In this document: one piece after another, positions 8,770 through 18,255 of the stretch
Position numbering within the stretch: position 1 is the first letter of the stretch
Layout: each line of letters starts with the position of its first letter
Assembly (NCBI GenBank): GCA_045534855.1
Contig: JAZSKL010000002.1
Coordinates: 1 to 30,113, forward strand
Source: Acutalibacteraceae bacterium
GTDB lineage: Bacteria; Bacillota; Clostridia; Oscillospirales; Acutalibacteraceae
DNA: 30,113 bases
Reading direction: 5' to 3'
The notes under the pieces: model-generated
Told to the model about the DNA's origin: nothing
Databases searched by the model: none
The model's input: only the letters and a program-made list of their open reading frames with translations
Translations under genes and position numbers: made by a program

Positions 8770-9750
8770 ATGAAACGCTTGCGAGGACACTCCAAAAAGC
8801 TTTTGGCCCGTCTTCTTATCGCAATTTTAACCTTTTCTATCATCACAACTCTTACCTCCTGTAAGGAAGACGCAGAAAAGTTTTCTAATACGGATTTTAA
8901 CGATTATACTATTGAATACGGCGGCAAGGAATATTCACCAAAGAGCAATGTTGAGACCTTTTTGGTTTTAGGACTTGATAAATTCGAGGATTCATCCGCC
9001 GATATTTCTTATAACAACGATAAACAGGCTGATTTTTTGCTGTTGTTTGTTCTTGATAACAACAGCAAAAAATGTACCGCGGTTCATATCAACCGTGACA
9101 CTATGGCTGATATGAATATTTTGGGTGTTGCAGGACAGAAAATAGATACCGTTAAAAAGCAGATAGCTTTAGCTCACACCTACGGTAACGGTGATAAAAC
9201 GAGTTGCAGGAATACGGCAGATGCAGTATCCGGTATTTTGCACGGTATTAAAATCGACCATTATATCTCATTGACCCTTGACTCGGTTGCTGTTTTAAAT
9301 GACCTTGCAGGCGGTGTTGAAGTAACGGTTTTAGATGATTTTACCGGTATAGACGATACTTTGAAAAAAGGGCAGACCGTAACCCTATTCGGAGAGCATG
9401 CACTACGCTATGTACGTACCCGTTACGGACTTGACGACAGTAGCAACAATACCCGTATGGCACGTCAGAAACAGTATCTCAACGCGCTTTACGCAAAGGT
9501 TAAAAAGCTTGTTGAGCAGGACGAGGAGTTTATTGTAGATGCCTCATTAAAGATGTCCGATTATATTGTATCTGACCGCTCGGTTAACCGATTGCAGGAG
9601 CTTGCCCAAAAAATTACCACCTATGAATTCTGTGGTATAAAGGATATAGAAGGCAAAACGATTATGGGAGAAAAATATGTAGAATTTTATCCCGATGAAA
9701 ACTCTACCAGAAAATTAGTTATAAGCCTTTTGTACCAACCTAAAAAATAA
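8770..9750 (+). CDS. LCP (LytR-CpsA-Psr) family glycopolymer transferase with a lipoprotein-type signal
   Basis: FLVLGLD, QADFLLL, HINRDT, IALAHTYG, ALRYVRTR and RMARQKQYL motifs. Lipobox LTSC has its Cys at 8860-8862. Confidence 0.88.
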   Translation: MKRLRGHSKKLLARLLIAILTFSIITTLTSCKEDAEKFSNTDFNDYTIEYGGKEYSPKSNVETFLVLGLDKFEDSSADISYNNDKQADFLLLFVLDNNSKKCTAVHINRDTMADMNILGVAGQKIDTVKKQIALAHTYGNGDKTSCRNTADAVSGILHGIKIDHYISLTLDSVAVLNDLAGGVEVTVLDDFTGIDDTLKKGQTVTLFGEHALRYVRTRYGLDDSSNNTRMARQKQYLNALYAKVKKLVEQDEEFIVDASLKMSDYIVSDRSVNRLQELAQKITTYEFCGIKDIEGKTIMGEKYVEFYPDENSTRKLVISLLYQPKK

Positions 9751-9807
9751 CCGCCGTATTAAACGGCAATTTATGATTTAATTATTAAAAATAAGGGGGA
9801 TTTAAAA

Positions 9808-10515
9808 TTGAACAGTAATGCGAATACCGTGACACAAGATAATATTTCTGAATCCCCCGTAAAAACCCCACAAACCGAAAATATAACATTAACCCCACAA
9901 AGCCGAAGAGTTGCTTATCGCTTTTTTAAGCGCAGCTTTGATATCATCTTTTCTGCTTTGGGACTTATTGTTTTGTTTATTCCGCTTATTATTGTATCGT
10001 TGATAATTATAATAGACAGTCCCGGTGCTTCGCCTATTTACGTTCAAAAAAGAGTAGGCAAAAACGGAAAAGAATTTAAGTTTTATAAATTCCGTTCAAT
10101 GATTCCCAATGCCGAAAAATTATTAGACGGGCTTCTTGATAAAAATGAGGTTGAAGGTCCGGCATTTAAAATAAAAAACGACCCGAGAATTACTCGTTTT
10201 GGTCGTATTATACGCCGTTCAAGCATTGATGAGCTGCCACAGCTTTGGAATGTTTTAAAGGGTGATATGAGCCTTGTAGGTCCCCGTCCCCCGTTACCGA
10301 GAGAGGTTAAAATGTATAACGAGTACCAGCTCCAGCGTTTATTGGTTACTCCGGGTATTACCTGCTATTGGCAGATACAGCCTCGAAGAAACAGCTTTTC
10401 ATTTGATGAATGGCTTGAGTTTGATTTAAAGTACATAAAAGAACGCTGTTTTAAAACCGATTTAAAAATTCTTCTTAAAACCGTTTGTGCTGTATGCGGC
10501 TTGGAGGGCGAATAA
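9808..10515 (+). CDS. Priming sugar-1-phosphate transferase (Bac_transf domain only)
   Basis: FKRSFDIIFS, KFRSM, DPRITRFG, SIDELPQLWNVLKGDMSLVGPRP and PGITCYWQI; TTG start behind AAGGGG. Confidence 0.93.
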   Translation: MNSNANTVTQDNISESPVKTPQTENITLTPQSRRVAYRFFKRSFDIIFSALGLIVLFIPLIIVSLIIIIDSPGASPIYVQKRVGKNGKEFKFYKFRSMIPNAEKLLDGLLDKNEVEGPAFKIKNDPRITRFGRIIRRSSIDELPQLWNVLKGDMSLVGPRPPLPREVKMYNEYQLQRLLVTPGITCYWQIQPRRNSFSFDEWLEFDLKYIKERCFKTDLKILLKTVCAVCGLEGE

Positions 10516-11702
10516 TGCCTAAAAAGCCAAAAGATAAGCTTAAAATTGCCATGCTTGGTCATAAGCGCATCCCCTCAAGAGAGGGAGGCGTTGAAGTAGT
10601 TGTTGAACAGCTTTCTACACGTATGACCGGATTGGGACATTCGGTGACCTGCTATAACCGTAAAGGTCACCATGTAAGCGGTGCAGACTTTGACACTGCT
10701 ATTACTAAAGAATACAAAGGCGTAAGACTAAAAAATGTTTGGACTCTTGATAAAAAGGGTCTTGCTGCAATGACATCATCATTTTCTGCTGCTGTTTTGG
10801 CAGCTTTCGGAAAATATGATGTCGTTCATTTCCATGCCGAAGGTCCTTGCGCTATGCTTTGGTTCACAAAGCTTTTTCGTAAAAAATGCATAGCTACTAT
10901 ACACGGTCTTGATCACCAAAGAGCTAAATGGGGAAAATTCGCTTCATGGTATATCCGTTTCGGCGAAAGATGTGCTGCACATTTTGCTGATGAAGTAATT
11001 GTTCTCAGTAAAAATGTGCAGAATTATTTTATGGAAAAATACGGCAGAGAAACGGTGTTTATTCCAAATGGAGTTACTGCACCAAATACCGAAAATGCCG
11101 AAATTATAACCGACCTTTATTCCCTTAATCGGGATTCTTATATTCTGTATCTCGGGCGTCTTGTTCCCGAGAAAGGCGTTGAATATTTAATTGACGCATT
11201 TGCCGAAACCCAAACCGATAAAAAGCTTGTTATAGCAGGCGGTTCATCCGATACCGCAGAATATGAAAAACTGCTTAAATTAAAAGCCGAAAAGGACAGC
11301 CGTATAATATTCACCGGTTTTGTTGAGGGTAAAACACTTGATGAGCTTTACAGCAATGCCTACATATATGTTTTACCAAGCGACCTTGAGGGTATGCCTT
11401 TAAGCCTTTTGGAGGCTATGAGCTACGGCAACTGCTGCCTAACTTCAGATATTGAGGAATGTGCAAGCGTTATAGAGGAATACGGTATTACATTCCGCAA
11501 AGGCGATATAAACGACCTGAAATCAAAGCTTCAGATGCTTTGCGACAATACTGATACCGTAAACAAATTCAAATCCCAAGCATCTGAATACATTAGCCAA
11601 AAATATAATTGGGACGATGTAACAAGCAAAACACTTGCTTTATACGGTGTTCCTGCTGCCGCCATGGAGGAAAAACAAAATGAAAGTATTGCTCATAAAT
11701 AA
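10515..11702 (+). CDS. Glycosyltransferase family 4
   Basis: KIAMLGHKRIPSREGGVE, YLGRLVPEKG and EGMPLSLLE (E-x7-E). Start at ATG 10515 overlaps the upstream TAA (TAATG). Confidence 0.92.
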   Translation: MPKKPKDKLKIAMLGHKRIPSREGGVEVVVEQLSTRMTGLGHSVTCYNRKGHHVSGADFDTAITKEYKGVRLKNVWTLDKKGLAAMTSSFSAAVLAAFGKYDVVHFHAEGPCAMLWFTKLFRKKCIATIHGLDHQRAKWGKFASWYIRFGERCAAHFADEVIVLSKNVQNYFMEKYGRETVFIPNGVTAPNTENAEIITDLYSLNRDSYILYLGRLVPEKGVEYLIDAFAETQTDKKLVIAGGSSDTAEYEKLLKLKAEKDSRIIFTGFVEGKTLDELYSNAYIYVLPSDLEGMPLSLLEAMSYGNCCLTSDIEECASVIEEYGITFRKGDINDLKSKLQMLCDNTDTVNKFKSQASEYISQKYNWDDVTSKTLALYGVPAAAMEEKQNESIAHK

Positions 11703-12885
11703 ATTCCTTTATCCCAAAGGCGGTTCTGAAACCTATCTTTTCAAATTAGGTGAGCTTTTAAGCGAGCGCGGGCACGAGGTTCAGTATTTCGGTATGGAAC
11801 ATGAGGGAAGAATTGTTGGCAACCGCGTAAACTCATATACTGTGGATATGGATTTTCATGGAGGAAGCAAACTTTCAAAACTCACCTACCCCATTAAAAC
11901 CATATATTCATCACAAGCGCGAAAAAAAATTCGTGCCGTACTTGATGATTTTAAACCCGATGTTTGCCACCTTAATAATTTTAATTTTCAGTTAACCCCA
12001 AGCATTATTTTAGAAATTGTTAAATGGCGCAAAAAAGCAAAACAAAAATGCAAAATTATTTATACCGCGCATGACAGTCAGCTTGTTTGCCCAAATCACC
12101 TTATGCAAAATCCCGTAACGGGCGAAACCTGCACCAGATGCTTAGGCGGTCATTTTAAGAACTGCGTAAGCGGTAAATGTATTCATTCCTCTTCGGCAAA
12201 AAGTTTTATCGGCGCTATGGAAGGATACTTCTGGAAGCTTAAGGGTACATATAAGTATTTTGATGCAATAATTTCTCCGAGCGCATTTTTAAGCGAGAAA
12301 CTTTCAACAAATTCTGTTTTGAAAGAAAAAATCACCGTTTTAAATAATTTTATTGAACATACTTCTTTGGATGAAAACAATATCCAAAAATCAGATTATA
12401 TAATTTACTACGGCAGATACTCAAAAGAAAAAGGCATTGAAACCCTTTTAAAGGTAGTAGACCGCCTGCCGGATATACAATTTGTTTTTGCAGGAAACGG
12501 CCCGCTTGAGGATGAAGTAAACAAGCGCAAAAACATCATTAACAAAGGTTTTTTGTTGGGAGATAACCTTAAAAAAGTTATTTCAGAAGCGCGTTTTACC
12601 GTGATGCCGTCTGAATGTTTTGAAAATTGCCCCTATTCGGTTATGGAAAGCCAGATTTACTTTACTCCCATAATCGGCGCAAACTTGGGCGGTATTCCCG
12701 AACTTATTAAAGAATCTGAAACGGGCGAGCTTTTTGAAAGCGGCAACGCCGAACAGCTTTATGAAAAGGTATTATCTCTTTGGAATAATGCCGAAAAGCT
12801 TAAAAAATATACCGAAAACTGCAAAAATGTAAAATTCATCAATGTTGATGAGTATTATACAAAATTACTTGATCTCTATTCATAA
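11680..12885 (+). CDS. Glycosyltransferase family 4
   Basis: MKVLLINKFLYPKGGSE, YYGRYSKEKG and ENCPYSVME. ATG 11680 behind GGAGG; overlaps the upstream gene by 23 nt. Confidence 0.92.
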   Translation: MKVLLINKFLYPKGGSETYLFKLGELLSERGHEVQYFGMEHEGRIVGNRVNSYTVDMDFHGGSKLSKLTYPIKTIYSSQARKKIRAVLDDFKPDVCHLNNFNFQLTPSIILEIVKWRKKAKQKCKIIYTAHDSQLVCPNHLMQNPVTGETCTRCLGGHFKNCVSGKCIHSSSAKSFIGAMEGYFWKLKGTYKYFDAIISPSAFLSEKLSTNSVLKEKITVLNNFIEHTSLDENNIQKSDYIIYYGRYSKEKGIETLLKVVDRLPDIQFVFAGNGPLEDEVNKRKNIINKGFLLGDNLKKVISEARFTVMPSECFENCPYSVMESQIYFTPIIGANLGGIPELIKESETGELFESGNAEQLYEKVLSLWNNAEKLKKYTENCKNVKFINVDEYYTKLLDLYS

Positions 12886-12898
12886 AGAGGTGGATTTT

Positions 12899-13924
12899 TT
12901 GGAAAATAAAAGGGAGTACTGGGTAGATAATTTAAAGGTTTTTGCCTGCATTTTAGTTGTACTTGGGCATTTTTTTCAAAGTATGCGTTCTTCGGGAATT
13001 ATGTCTTACTCCCCTGCTGCGCTTTGGTTTGACAAAACGATCTACTTTTTCCATGTGCCTGTGTTTTTTATCTGCAGCGGGTATTTATATCAGAAATTAT
13101 GCAACACTACCACCCTTAACGGTTGGAAGAATAATATTTTCAAAAAGATTATTTCATTAGGTATTCCTTATGTTGTTTTTTCTGTAGCAACCTGGTGCTT
13201 AAAAACATTGTTTGCTGATTCTGTAAATCAAAAGGTTGATAATATATTCACCTCTTTGTTTATAAAGCCTATTTCGCCATATTGGTATTTATATGCGCTT
13301 TTCTTTATGTTTTTTATAATACCAACCTTTAAAAATAAATATACCGCACTCGTTGGTATTTTAATCGCGTTGGCACTGAAAATAATAACTTTTACCCCAC
13401 TAATATCCGATATATATTCCTTAACTATAATTTTTGAAAATTTGATATGGTTTGTTGCAGGAATGAGCATATATTCATTCGGCGCTGATATGAAAATGAA
13501 AAATAATATTCATCTTTCATTAAGTCTTGTATCGGTTTTCGCTTTTATACTTTCAAGCGTTTTACTTAAAATTTACAACATCGAGCATAGTGTAATCAGC
13601 TTTGCAATGGGAATACTTGGCTGTTTTGCTTTTGTTTTACTTTTCAAAGAGCTTCAAAGATTCAATTTTTTAAACAAGCTGTTTTCCTATTGCGCTAAAT
13701 ATACTTTACCCATATTTTTAATGCACACGATTTTTGCCGCTGCTTTAAGAGCTGTCTTAAATAAAGTAGGCTTAACATCATCCGTAATTCATTTTACGCT
13801 TGGTTTATTTATAAGCTTTTTAGGGCCGGTAATCGCAGCATTTATAATGTCAAAAATTAAATTTTCGGACTTTATTCTATACCCTAACAAATATATAAAA
13901 ACCGCTAAAAAAGAGGGAAAATAA
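12899..13924 (+). CDS. Acyltransferase family 3 (probable polysaccharide O-acetyltransferase)
   Basis: WVDNLKVFACILVVLGH, FHVPVFFICSGY, PYWYLYAL and IFLMH motifs, about 10 TM segments. TTG 12899 behind GAGGTG is the more plausible start. Confidence 0.88.
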   Translation: MENKREYWVDNLKVFACILVVLGHFFQSMRSSGIMSYSPAALWFDKTIYFFHVPVFFICSGYLYQKLCNTTTLNGWKNNIFKKIISLGIPYVVFSVATWCLKTLFADSVNQKVDNIFTSLFIKPISPYWYLYALFFMFFIIPTFKNKYTALVGILIALALKIITFTPLISDIYSLTIIFENLIWFVAGMSIYSFGADMKMKNNIHLSLSLVSVFAFILSSVLLKIYNIEHSVISFAMGILGCFAFVLLFKELQRFNFLNKLFSYCAKYTLPIFLMHTIFAAALRAVLNKVGLTSSVIHFTLGLFISFLGPVIAAFIMSKIKFSDFILYPNKYIKTAKKEGK

Positions 13925-15012
13925 TGCCTAAAAAACTACACGGCACGGTTATTGCTACATACCGTTGCAAGGCCAAATGCACTATGTGCAACAGATATAA
14001 AGTACCTTCCTTGCCCGAAGAGGAAATTTCTATAGAAACAATAAAAAAATTACCCGAAATGTATTTTACAAACATTACGGGCGGTGAGCCGTTTATTCGC
14101 GATGACCTTAAAGATATTGTTCGTGAGCTTTACAAAAAAAGTGAACGCATCGTTATTTCAACCAACGGTTTCTTTACCGAAAAAATAGTTGACCTTTGTA
14201 AAGAATTTCCGCAGGTAGGAATAAGAATTTCGATTGAAGGTCTTGAACAGACTAATAATGAAATCCGTGGTCTTGATGACGGCTTTAACCGAGGTTACAC
14301 TACCCTTAAAACTTTGGTTGATATGGGTATGAAGGATGTTGGTTTCGGAATGACGGTGCAGGACAAGAACGCACCCGATTTAGTACCGCTTTATGATATT
14401 TCGGATGAGCTTAATATGGAGTTTGCAACAGCTTCGCTTCATAACAGTTTTTATTTTGTGGAGTCCAACAATATCATCAATGACCGTCTTATGGTGGCTC
14501 GGAATTTTGAAGAGCTTATAAATAAGTTATTAAAGTCTAACAGTCCTAAAAAATGGTTCAGAGCTTACTTTAATCATGGTCTTATCAATTATATTTTCAG
14601 CCAAAAAAGGCTTTTGCCCTGCGATATGAGCTTTGACACATTTTTCATTGACCCGTTTTCCGATGTAATGCCTTGTAACGGTACTAAAGAAAAGGCGGTT
14701 ATGGGCAATCTTAAAGACCAAAGCTTTGATGAGCTATGGAACAGCGAACAGGCAGAAAAAGTTCGTAAAAGCGTGCGTTGCTGTGACAGAAACTGCTGGA
14801 TGATAGGCTCGGTATCCCCTGCTATGCACAAATATATTTGGGTTCCTTTTTTCTGGGTGCTTAAACATAAATTCCTTTTCTTCTGGAAGAAGAAAAAATA
14901 CTCTATGTATGAAAATAAAGTTGTAAGAGATTTTCGTGACGGTAAAATAACCAAAGAACAACTTGATGCTTGTTCAACCTGCGAAAAATATCATAACCCC
15001 ATTAAACAATAA
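13924..15012 (+). CDS. Radical SAM / SPASM-domain protein
   Basis: TYRCKAKCTMC (CxxxCxxC), ITGGEPF, ISTNG, and a SPASM-like LPC...IDPFSDVMPC...MGNL...ELWNS...CCDRNC region; extra CSTC near the C-terminus. Confidence 0.92.
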   Translation: MPKKLHGTVIATYRCKAKCTMCNRYKVPSLPEEEISIETIKKLPEMYFTNITGGEPFIRDDLKDIVRELYKKSERIVISTNGFFTEKIVDLCKEFPQVGIRISIEGLEQTNNEIRGLDDGFNRGYTTLKTLVDMGMKDVGFGMTVQDKNAPDLVPLYDISDELNMEFATASLHNSFYFVESNNIINDRLMVARNFEELINKLLKSNSPKKWFRAYFNHGLINYIFSQKRLLPCDMSFDTFFIDPFSDVMPCNGTKEKAVMGNLKDQSFDELWNSEQAEKVRKSVRCCDRNCWMIGSVSPAMHKYIWVPFFWVLKHKFLFFWKKKKYSMYENKVVRDFRDGKITKEQLDACSTCEKYHNPIKQ

Positions 15013-15028
15013 CCGATTGGGTGGCATA

Positions 15029-16132
15029 ATGAACGTTTTAATTATCAATCCGATAATATATACATCCGAAACAAGAAATATACCGAAGGTTTCTTCTATA
15101 AAGGACTCTATGATATATGACCTTTGCCTTGCTTTTTACGAAGAAGGTCATAATGTTACACTCTATGCCGCTGAGCAATATAAGCCCACCGTTTCGGAGA
15201 GTTATCCTTTTGAAATCATATGGGATAAATGCTCTTTTGAAAAAATATTTTCAGCCCATCGTATACCTATTCTTTCCGGGCTTAAAAAATATATAAAAAA
15301 TAATCGCGATAATATTGATTTGATAATTACAGGTGAGGTTTTTTCTTTTAATTCACTTACCGCCTACCGCAAGGCCCCTAAAAAAACAATAGTATGGCAT
15401 GAGCTCGCCAAGCATAACCGTATGTTAAAAAAGCTCCCTTCGAAACTGTGGTACAACATTATAGCCCGTTTTTGTTTCAAAAACGCTTTAATTATTCCGC
15501 GCTCAGCCGATGCAGGTAAATTCATCAAGCAATACTGCAAAAATGTATCTGATGATTTTATTGACCATGGCGTTAATCTTGATAAATTCAGCTTAAGCCC
15601 CAAAAAAGATGATTATTTTATTGTTTGCTCGCAGCTTATAGAAAGAAAAAAGATTGACGGAATAATAGAAAAATTTGCAGAATATATAAAGAAATTCAAT
15701 GCAAACGAACTTTTATATATTGTTGGTTCGGGCGATTTGGATAACCACCTTAAAGAAAAGGTTGCAGAATTAAAGCTTACAGAAAAGGTTATATTTACAG
15801 GCAAGTTACCGCATTCGGAATTGGTACCTTTACTTTCAAAAGCAAAAGCTTTGCTTATAAATACCATAAAAGATAACAGTATGATTTCAATAGTAGAATC
15901 CATTGCCGTTGCTACTCCGATAGTTACTACAACTGTTCCGCTTAATTCTGAATATATAATTGCAAATGAACTTGGAATAGCAAAAGAGTGCTGGACTTGC
16001 GATGATCTTAACACAATCAGTACCAACAACGATTATTATATAAGCAACTGCCTAAGCTATCGCGATAAATTATCTACCAAATACAAGGTAAAACAGTTTT
16101 ACGAATATTCACAGAAACAGCGCAAAGGATGA
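15029..16132 (+). CDS. Glycosyltransferase family 4
   Basis: HGVNLDKF, SQLIERKKIDG, IVGSG, FTGKLPH and DNSMISIVE (D-x7-E variant). Start reassigned to ATG 15029 (MNVLIINP). Confidence 0.85.
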   Translation: MNVLIINPIIYTSETRNIPKVSSIKDSMIYDLCLAFYEEGHNVTLYAAEQYKPTVSESYPFEIIWDKCSFEKIFSAHRIPILSGLKKYIKNNRDNIDLIITGEVFSFNSLTAYRKAPKKTIVWHELAKHNRMLKKLPSKLWYNIIARFCFKNALIIPRSADAGKFIKQYCKNVSDDFIDHGVNLDKFSLSPKKDDYFIVCSQLIERKKIDGIIEKFAEYIKKFNANELLYIVGSGDLDNHLKEKVAELKLTEKVIFTGKLPHSELVPLLSKAKALLINTIKDNSMISIVESIAVATPIVTTTVPLNSEYIIANELGIAKECWTCDDLNTISTNNDYYISNCLSYRDKLSTKYKVKQFYEYSQKQRKG

Positions 16133-17169
16133 TAGGTTTGAATAAGGATCTTGTTACGGTTATAATCCCTATATACAATGTAGAAAAATATCTTGACCGT
16201 TGTATTACAAGTATTGTAAATCAAACCTACCGCAACCTTGAAATCTTGCTTATTGATGATGGTTCTCCCGATAACTGCCCAAAAATATGCGATGATTGGG
16301 CGAAAAAAGATGAGAGAGTACGGGTTATTCATAAGCAAAACGAGGGTCTCGGATTTGCGAGAAACACTGGCATAGAAAACGCCAGCGGAAAATTCATCTG
16401 TTTTTTCGACAGTGATGATTACATAGATTTAAACACGATAGAACAATCCGTTTTTCTTGCAAAATCAAGCAATGCAGATGTTGTAATATTCGGGCTTAAT
16501 ACCGTAGATAAAAATAATAATGTAATTCAAAGCTTTATCACCTGCTCAAATCCGAATATTTTTTCAGGCGATGAAGTAATAAATAATTTTTTGCCGGAAT
16601 ACATAGCCCCTGACCCACATGGTGACGGAAGCCGTAAATTTTATATGAGCTCTTGTGTTTCTCTTTACTCCCTTAAAATGATAAGGGATAACAACTTCCG
16701 TTTTGTTTCCGAACGAAAAATAATTTCAGAAGATATTTACTCGCTTATTGAACTGTTTTCCTATGTTAAAAAGGTTGCAATTTTACCTGAAGCTTATTAT
16801 TATTACTGCGAAAACGAAACCTCGTTAAGCCACACCAAAAGAAGCGACCGCTACGAAAAAATCAAATATTTTTATTTGGAATGTATTAAGCTTTGCAAAT
16901 CGTTAGGATACAGCGATGAAATACTGAAACGCGTATCAAAGCCGTATCTTGCATATACAATATCGGCATTAAAACAAGAATGTGCCGTTTTTAAGGATAA
17001 AAAAGAACTTAAAAGAGAAATCAAAAAAATATTTAATGATGATGTTCTGCAGACAGTTTTAAAGCAAAACAAGGGTGATAAAGTAAGCTTTACCCGCAAA
17101 ACGCTGTTTTTTACCATAAGAAATAAAATGTATAACACAGGTATACGGTTATTAAAACTAAAGGCGTGA
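16129..17169 (+). CDS. Glycosyltransferase family 2
   Basis: VTVIIPIYNVEKYLDRC, IDDGSPD, NEGLGFARNTG, FFDSDD and SED motifs. Confidence 0.93.
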   Translation: MIGLNKDLVTVIIPIYNVEKYLDRCITSIVNQTYRNLEILLIDDGSPDNCPKICDDWAKKDERVRVIHKQNEGLGFARNTGIENASGKFICFFDSDDYIDLNTIEQSVFLAKSSNADVVIFGLNTVDKNNNVIQSFITCSNPNIFSGDEVINNFLPEYIAPDPHGDGSRKFYMSSCVSLYSLKMIRDNNFRFVSERKIISEDIYSLIELFSYVKKVAILPEAYYYYCENETSLSHTKRSDRYEKIKYFYLECIKLCKSLGYSDEILKRVSKPYLAYTISALKQECAVFKDKKELKREIKKIFNDDVLQTVLKQNKGDKVSFTRKTLFFTIRNKMYNTGIRLLKLKA

Positions 17170-17179
17170 TACACTTATA

Positions 17180-18235
17180 ATGGATAACAAGAAAGTTGGG
17201 ATTTTAACCTTTCACCGTGCGGATAATTTAGGCGCTGTTTTACAGGCTTATGCGCTACAAAAATCCCTTGAACAATGCGAAAATATACAAGCCGAAATAA
17301 TTGATTATAAATGTGAAACGGTGGAAAATACCAAACGCCCCAAAAAAGGCGCTTCTTTAAAAGGAAAAATAAAATCCTTGGCTATGCTGTTTTATTATCA
17401 CATAAAACATAAAGGCTTTGAAAACTTCAGAAAAAAGCGCTTGAATTTATCAAATGGCGTTTTTGATAAAAATAAAATTAAGAAATGCGCTGAAGATTAC
17501 GATATATTTTTCACCGGTAGCGATCAGGTATGGAATTTGGAATGTTCAGGCAATGATATGACCTATTTTCTTGATTTTGCTCCCGAAAATAAAATAAATG
17601 TATCTTATGCCGCAAGTATAGGCGCTTATAAATATACTAACGAGGAAGAAAACCAAATCCTCACGCTCTTAAATAGGTTTAATGCCGTTTCGGTAAGAGA
17701 AAATACAGCAAAGCTTTTTTTGGAAAATCTTGGAATTTCAGATGTTTCTGTTTTGCCTGACCCTGTATTTCTTTTGGATACAGACCATTGGAAAAAGGTT
17801 ATGAGTAAACGGCTTTGCCGCCAAAAATATCTTCTCGTTTACCTTATTCAAGAGGATGTAAATGTTATAAAAAGTGCCGAAGTCTATGCCAAAAAACACG
17901 GGCTTAAAATAATTAACAACAAAAAGAGCATTGAATTTATATTGCATAATTCCCCTGCGGAATTTCTTTCCTTTATTTATCACAGTGAATGTGTTTTTAC
18001 AAATTCATTCCATGGTACGGCATTTTCGCTTATATTCGAAAAACCGCTTTGCGCCGATATTGAGCTTAAAAACGGCGGTGTGAATGACCGCATAAATGAT
18101 TTGCTTACTTGCACAAACACTCAAAAATGTATTTTAAATAAGAATGATATAAAACCTTTTTCTCGTAATATTCAAAGTTCATTAAACATTATGAGAAACA
18201 ATGCTTTTAATTATTTCAACGATATTCTTCAATAA
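17180..18235 (+). CDS. Polysaccharide pyruvyl transferase family protein
   Basis: GILTFHRADNLGAVLQAYAL, TGSDQVWN, SYAAS, SVRE, LPDPVFLL and TNSFHGTAFS motifs. Confidence 0.9.
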   Translation: MDNKKVGILTFHRADNLGAVLQAYALQKSLEQCENIQAEIIDYKCETVENTKRPKKGASLKGKIKSLAMLFYYHIKHKGFENFRKKRLNLSNGVFDKNKIKKCAEDYDIFFTGSDQVWNLECSGNDMTYFLDFAPENKINVSYAASIGAYKYTNEEENQILTLLNRFNAVSVRENTAKLFLENLGISDVSVLPDPVFLLDTDHWKKVMSKRLCRQKYLLVYLIQEDVNVIKSAEVYAKKHGLKIINNKKSIEFILHNSPAEFLSFIYHSECVFTNSFHGTAFSLIFEKPLCADIELKNGGVNDRINDLLTCTNTQKCILNKNDIKPFSRNIQSSLNIMRNNAFNYFNDILQ

Positions 18236-18255
18236 TTTTATGGGAATAAACAAAA

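Noticed and set aside
9753-9767. GCCGT-ATTAA-ACGGC hairpin after the LCP gene as a terminator
   Set aside because: Only a 5-bp stem with no proper U-tract; at most a pause or processing site.
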